Shown here piece after piece: positions 33,836-34,596 of a DNA stretch of 34,596 nucleotides. Source of the stretch: a virus (lineage: Duplodnaviria > Caudoviricetes); the IMG/VR virus record IMGVR_UViG_3300016662_000040, positions 1-34,596 of that record; one strand, given 5' to 3'. Positions within the stretch are counted from its first letter, which is position 1, and each line of letters begins with the position of its first letter. The notes beneath the pieces were generated by a model, which was given only the letters and a program-made list of their open reading frames with translations, made no database searches and was not told the origin of the DNA. The translations under genes and the position numbers were made by a program.

Positions 33836-34339
33836 ATGGATTGGATCGACACCCTCAAAACCTTGGCCCCCACGGTGGCCACGGCCCTGGGCGGCCCCCT
33901 TGCGGGCGCTGCCGTCAGCGCTATCGGTGCCGCCCTGGGCGTGCCGCCCGGCAACATCGCCAAAGCCTTTCAGGACGGGCAGTTGACGCCCGAGAGCGTG
34001 GCCAAGCTGCGCGAGTTGGAGATGCAGTTCCAGAACGACGAGAAGGAACGCGGGTTCAAGTACGCCGAGCTGGCATACAAGGACCGCGACAGCGCTCGCA
34101 CGGCCAACACGACCGGGGGCATTCAGAACCGCCTGTTCTTCCTGTCGCTGATGCTCCTGCTCATGACCCTGGGGGCCGAGGGCGCGGTGCTGTTTCTGGG
34201 CTACCCGCCGGGCGTGCCGGACGTGGTGATCGGCCGTATCCTGGGCCTGGCCGACAGTGTTGCCTTGATGGTGCTGAGCTACTACTACGGCACCAGCTCG
34301 GGCAGCGCCCAGAAAACCGAAATGCTTGCGGGCAAATGA
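33836..34339 (+). CDS. Holin-like membrane protein (3TM type)
   Basis: AGGAGG RBS; LAPTVATALGGPLAG, DRDSAR, two further hydrophobic helices, YYYGTSSGSAQK. Confidence 0.75.
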   Translation: MDWIDTLKTLAPTVATALGGPLAGAAVSAIGAALGVPPGNIAKAFQDGQLTPESVAKLRELEMQFQNDEKERGFKYAELAYKDRDSARTANTTGGIQNRLFFLSLMLLLMTLGAEGAVLFLGYPPGVPDVVIGRILGLADSVALMVLSYYYGTSSGSAQKTEMLAGK

Positions 34340-34473
34340 TCAAGCACGAGGAACGCCCGGGCCGCAAGCCCCGGCAGATCAAGCAAGCGCGGCAGCGGGA
34401 TGCCTCACTGCCGCCGCCTCGGGACTATCCAGAGCGCGAGCCGCCACCCTGGAAGCCGCTCGGCCTGGGATAA
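34336..34473 (+). CDS. Possible small basic/proline-rich protein (45 aa)
   Basis: ATGA overlap with the holin stop; MIKHEERPGRKPRQIKQARQRDASLPPPRDYPEREPPPWKPLGLG. Confidence 0.4.
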   Translation: MIKHEERPGRKPRQIKQARQRDASLPPPRDYPEREPPPWKPLGLG

Positions 34474-34528
34474 ACCCAGGGAAGAATGCCCCGAATTCAC
34501 AGAATCGAGCATAAAGCAATCCCAATGA

Positions 34529-34541
34529 AATCAAAGACTTA
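34529..34541 (+). promoter_or_regulatory. IHF consensus site, probable att region at the prophage end
   Basis: AATCAAAGACTTA matches WATCAANNNNTTR exactly, in an AT-richer noncoding stretch after the lysis genes. Confidence 0.55.
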
Positions 34542-34596
34542 GCTTATGCTGAGTCATGGGAGTTCATGCTGAACTGGTCATCCCGCCCATCGGTGG

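Larger units (their letters stand above)
1..34596. mobile_element. Temperate podovirus / prophage, BPP-1/epsilon15-like; left arm (integrase) outside the window
   Basis: Complete immunity-replication-packaging-head-tail-lysis gene order, with no clear frameshift or truncation in the structural genes. Confidence 0.93.

Noticed and set aside
28419-34596. Diversity-generating retroelement, expected by analogy with BPP-1
   Set aside because: No reverse transcriptase motifs and no template/variable repeat pair differing at adenines are visible. The 31948/32287 duplication is an in-frame, diverged protein repeat.

Overview
The window holds nearly all of the right-hand part of a temperate podovirus or prophage with BPP-1/epsilon15-like head-tail organisation. 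It is GC-rich and the host is probably a betaproteobacterium (inferred). Left to right: (i) a leftward accessory block next to the repressor, with a partial HEPN-type gene missed by the ORF track, a coupled helical partner gene and a GNAT-fold gene; (ii) the cI/cro switch, a CII-like gene, an O-like replication initiator with internal iterons, and a Toprim primase-DnaB helicase; (iii) an HTH gene, terS, terL, portal, a staple protein, an inserted SGNH esterase, scaffold, major capsid, cement, adaptor, nozzle and a gp13-like GNAT; (iv) three ejection proteins, the largest carrying GNAT and HExxH modules; (v) a collagen-containing tail fibre, a lipoprotein, a second fibre-like protein, lysis genes and a probable att end. 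The most notable signals I found by eye are four. A lipoprotein is a full-length paralog of the N-terminal domain of the adjacent fibre-like protein. A late-promoter-like motif GGTGCACGTAAC-N15-(G/C)AnnnT occurs in six copies (five exact, one degenerate). A hairpin would hide the terS ribosome-binding site only on read-through transcripts. The HEPN/partner/GNAT block is a candidate prophage defence or toxin-antitoxin locus. All family assignments come from motif recognition, not database searches.
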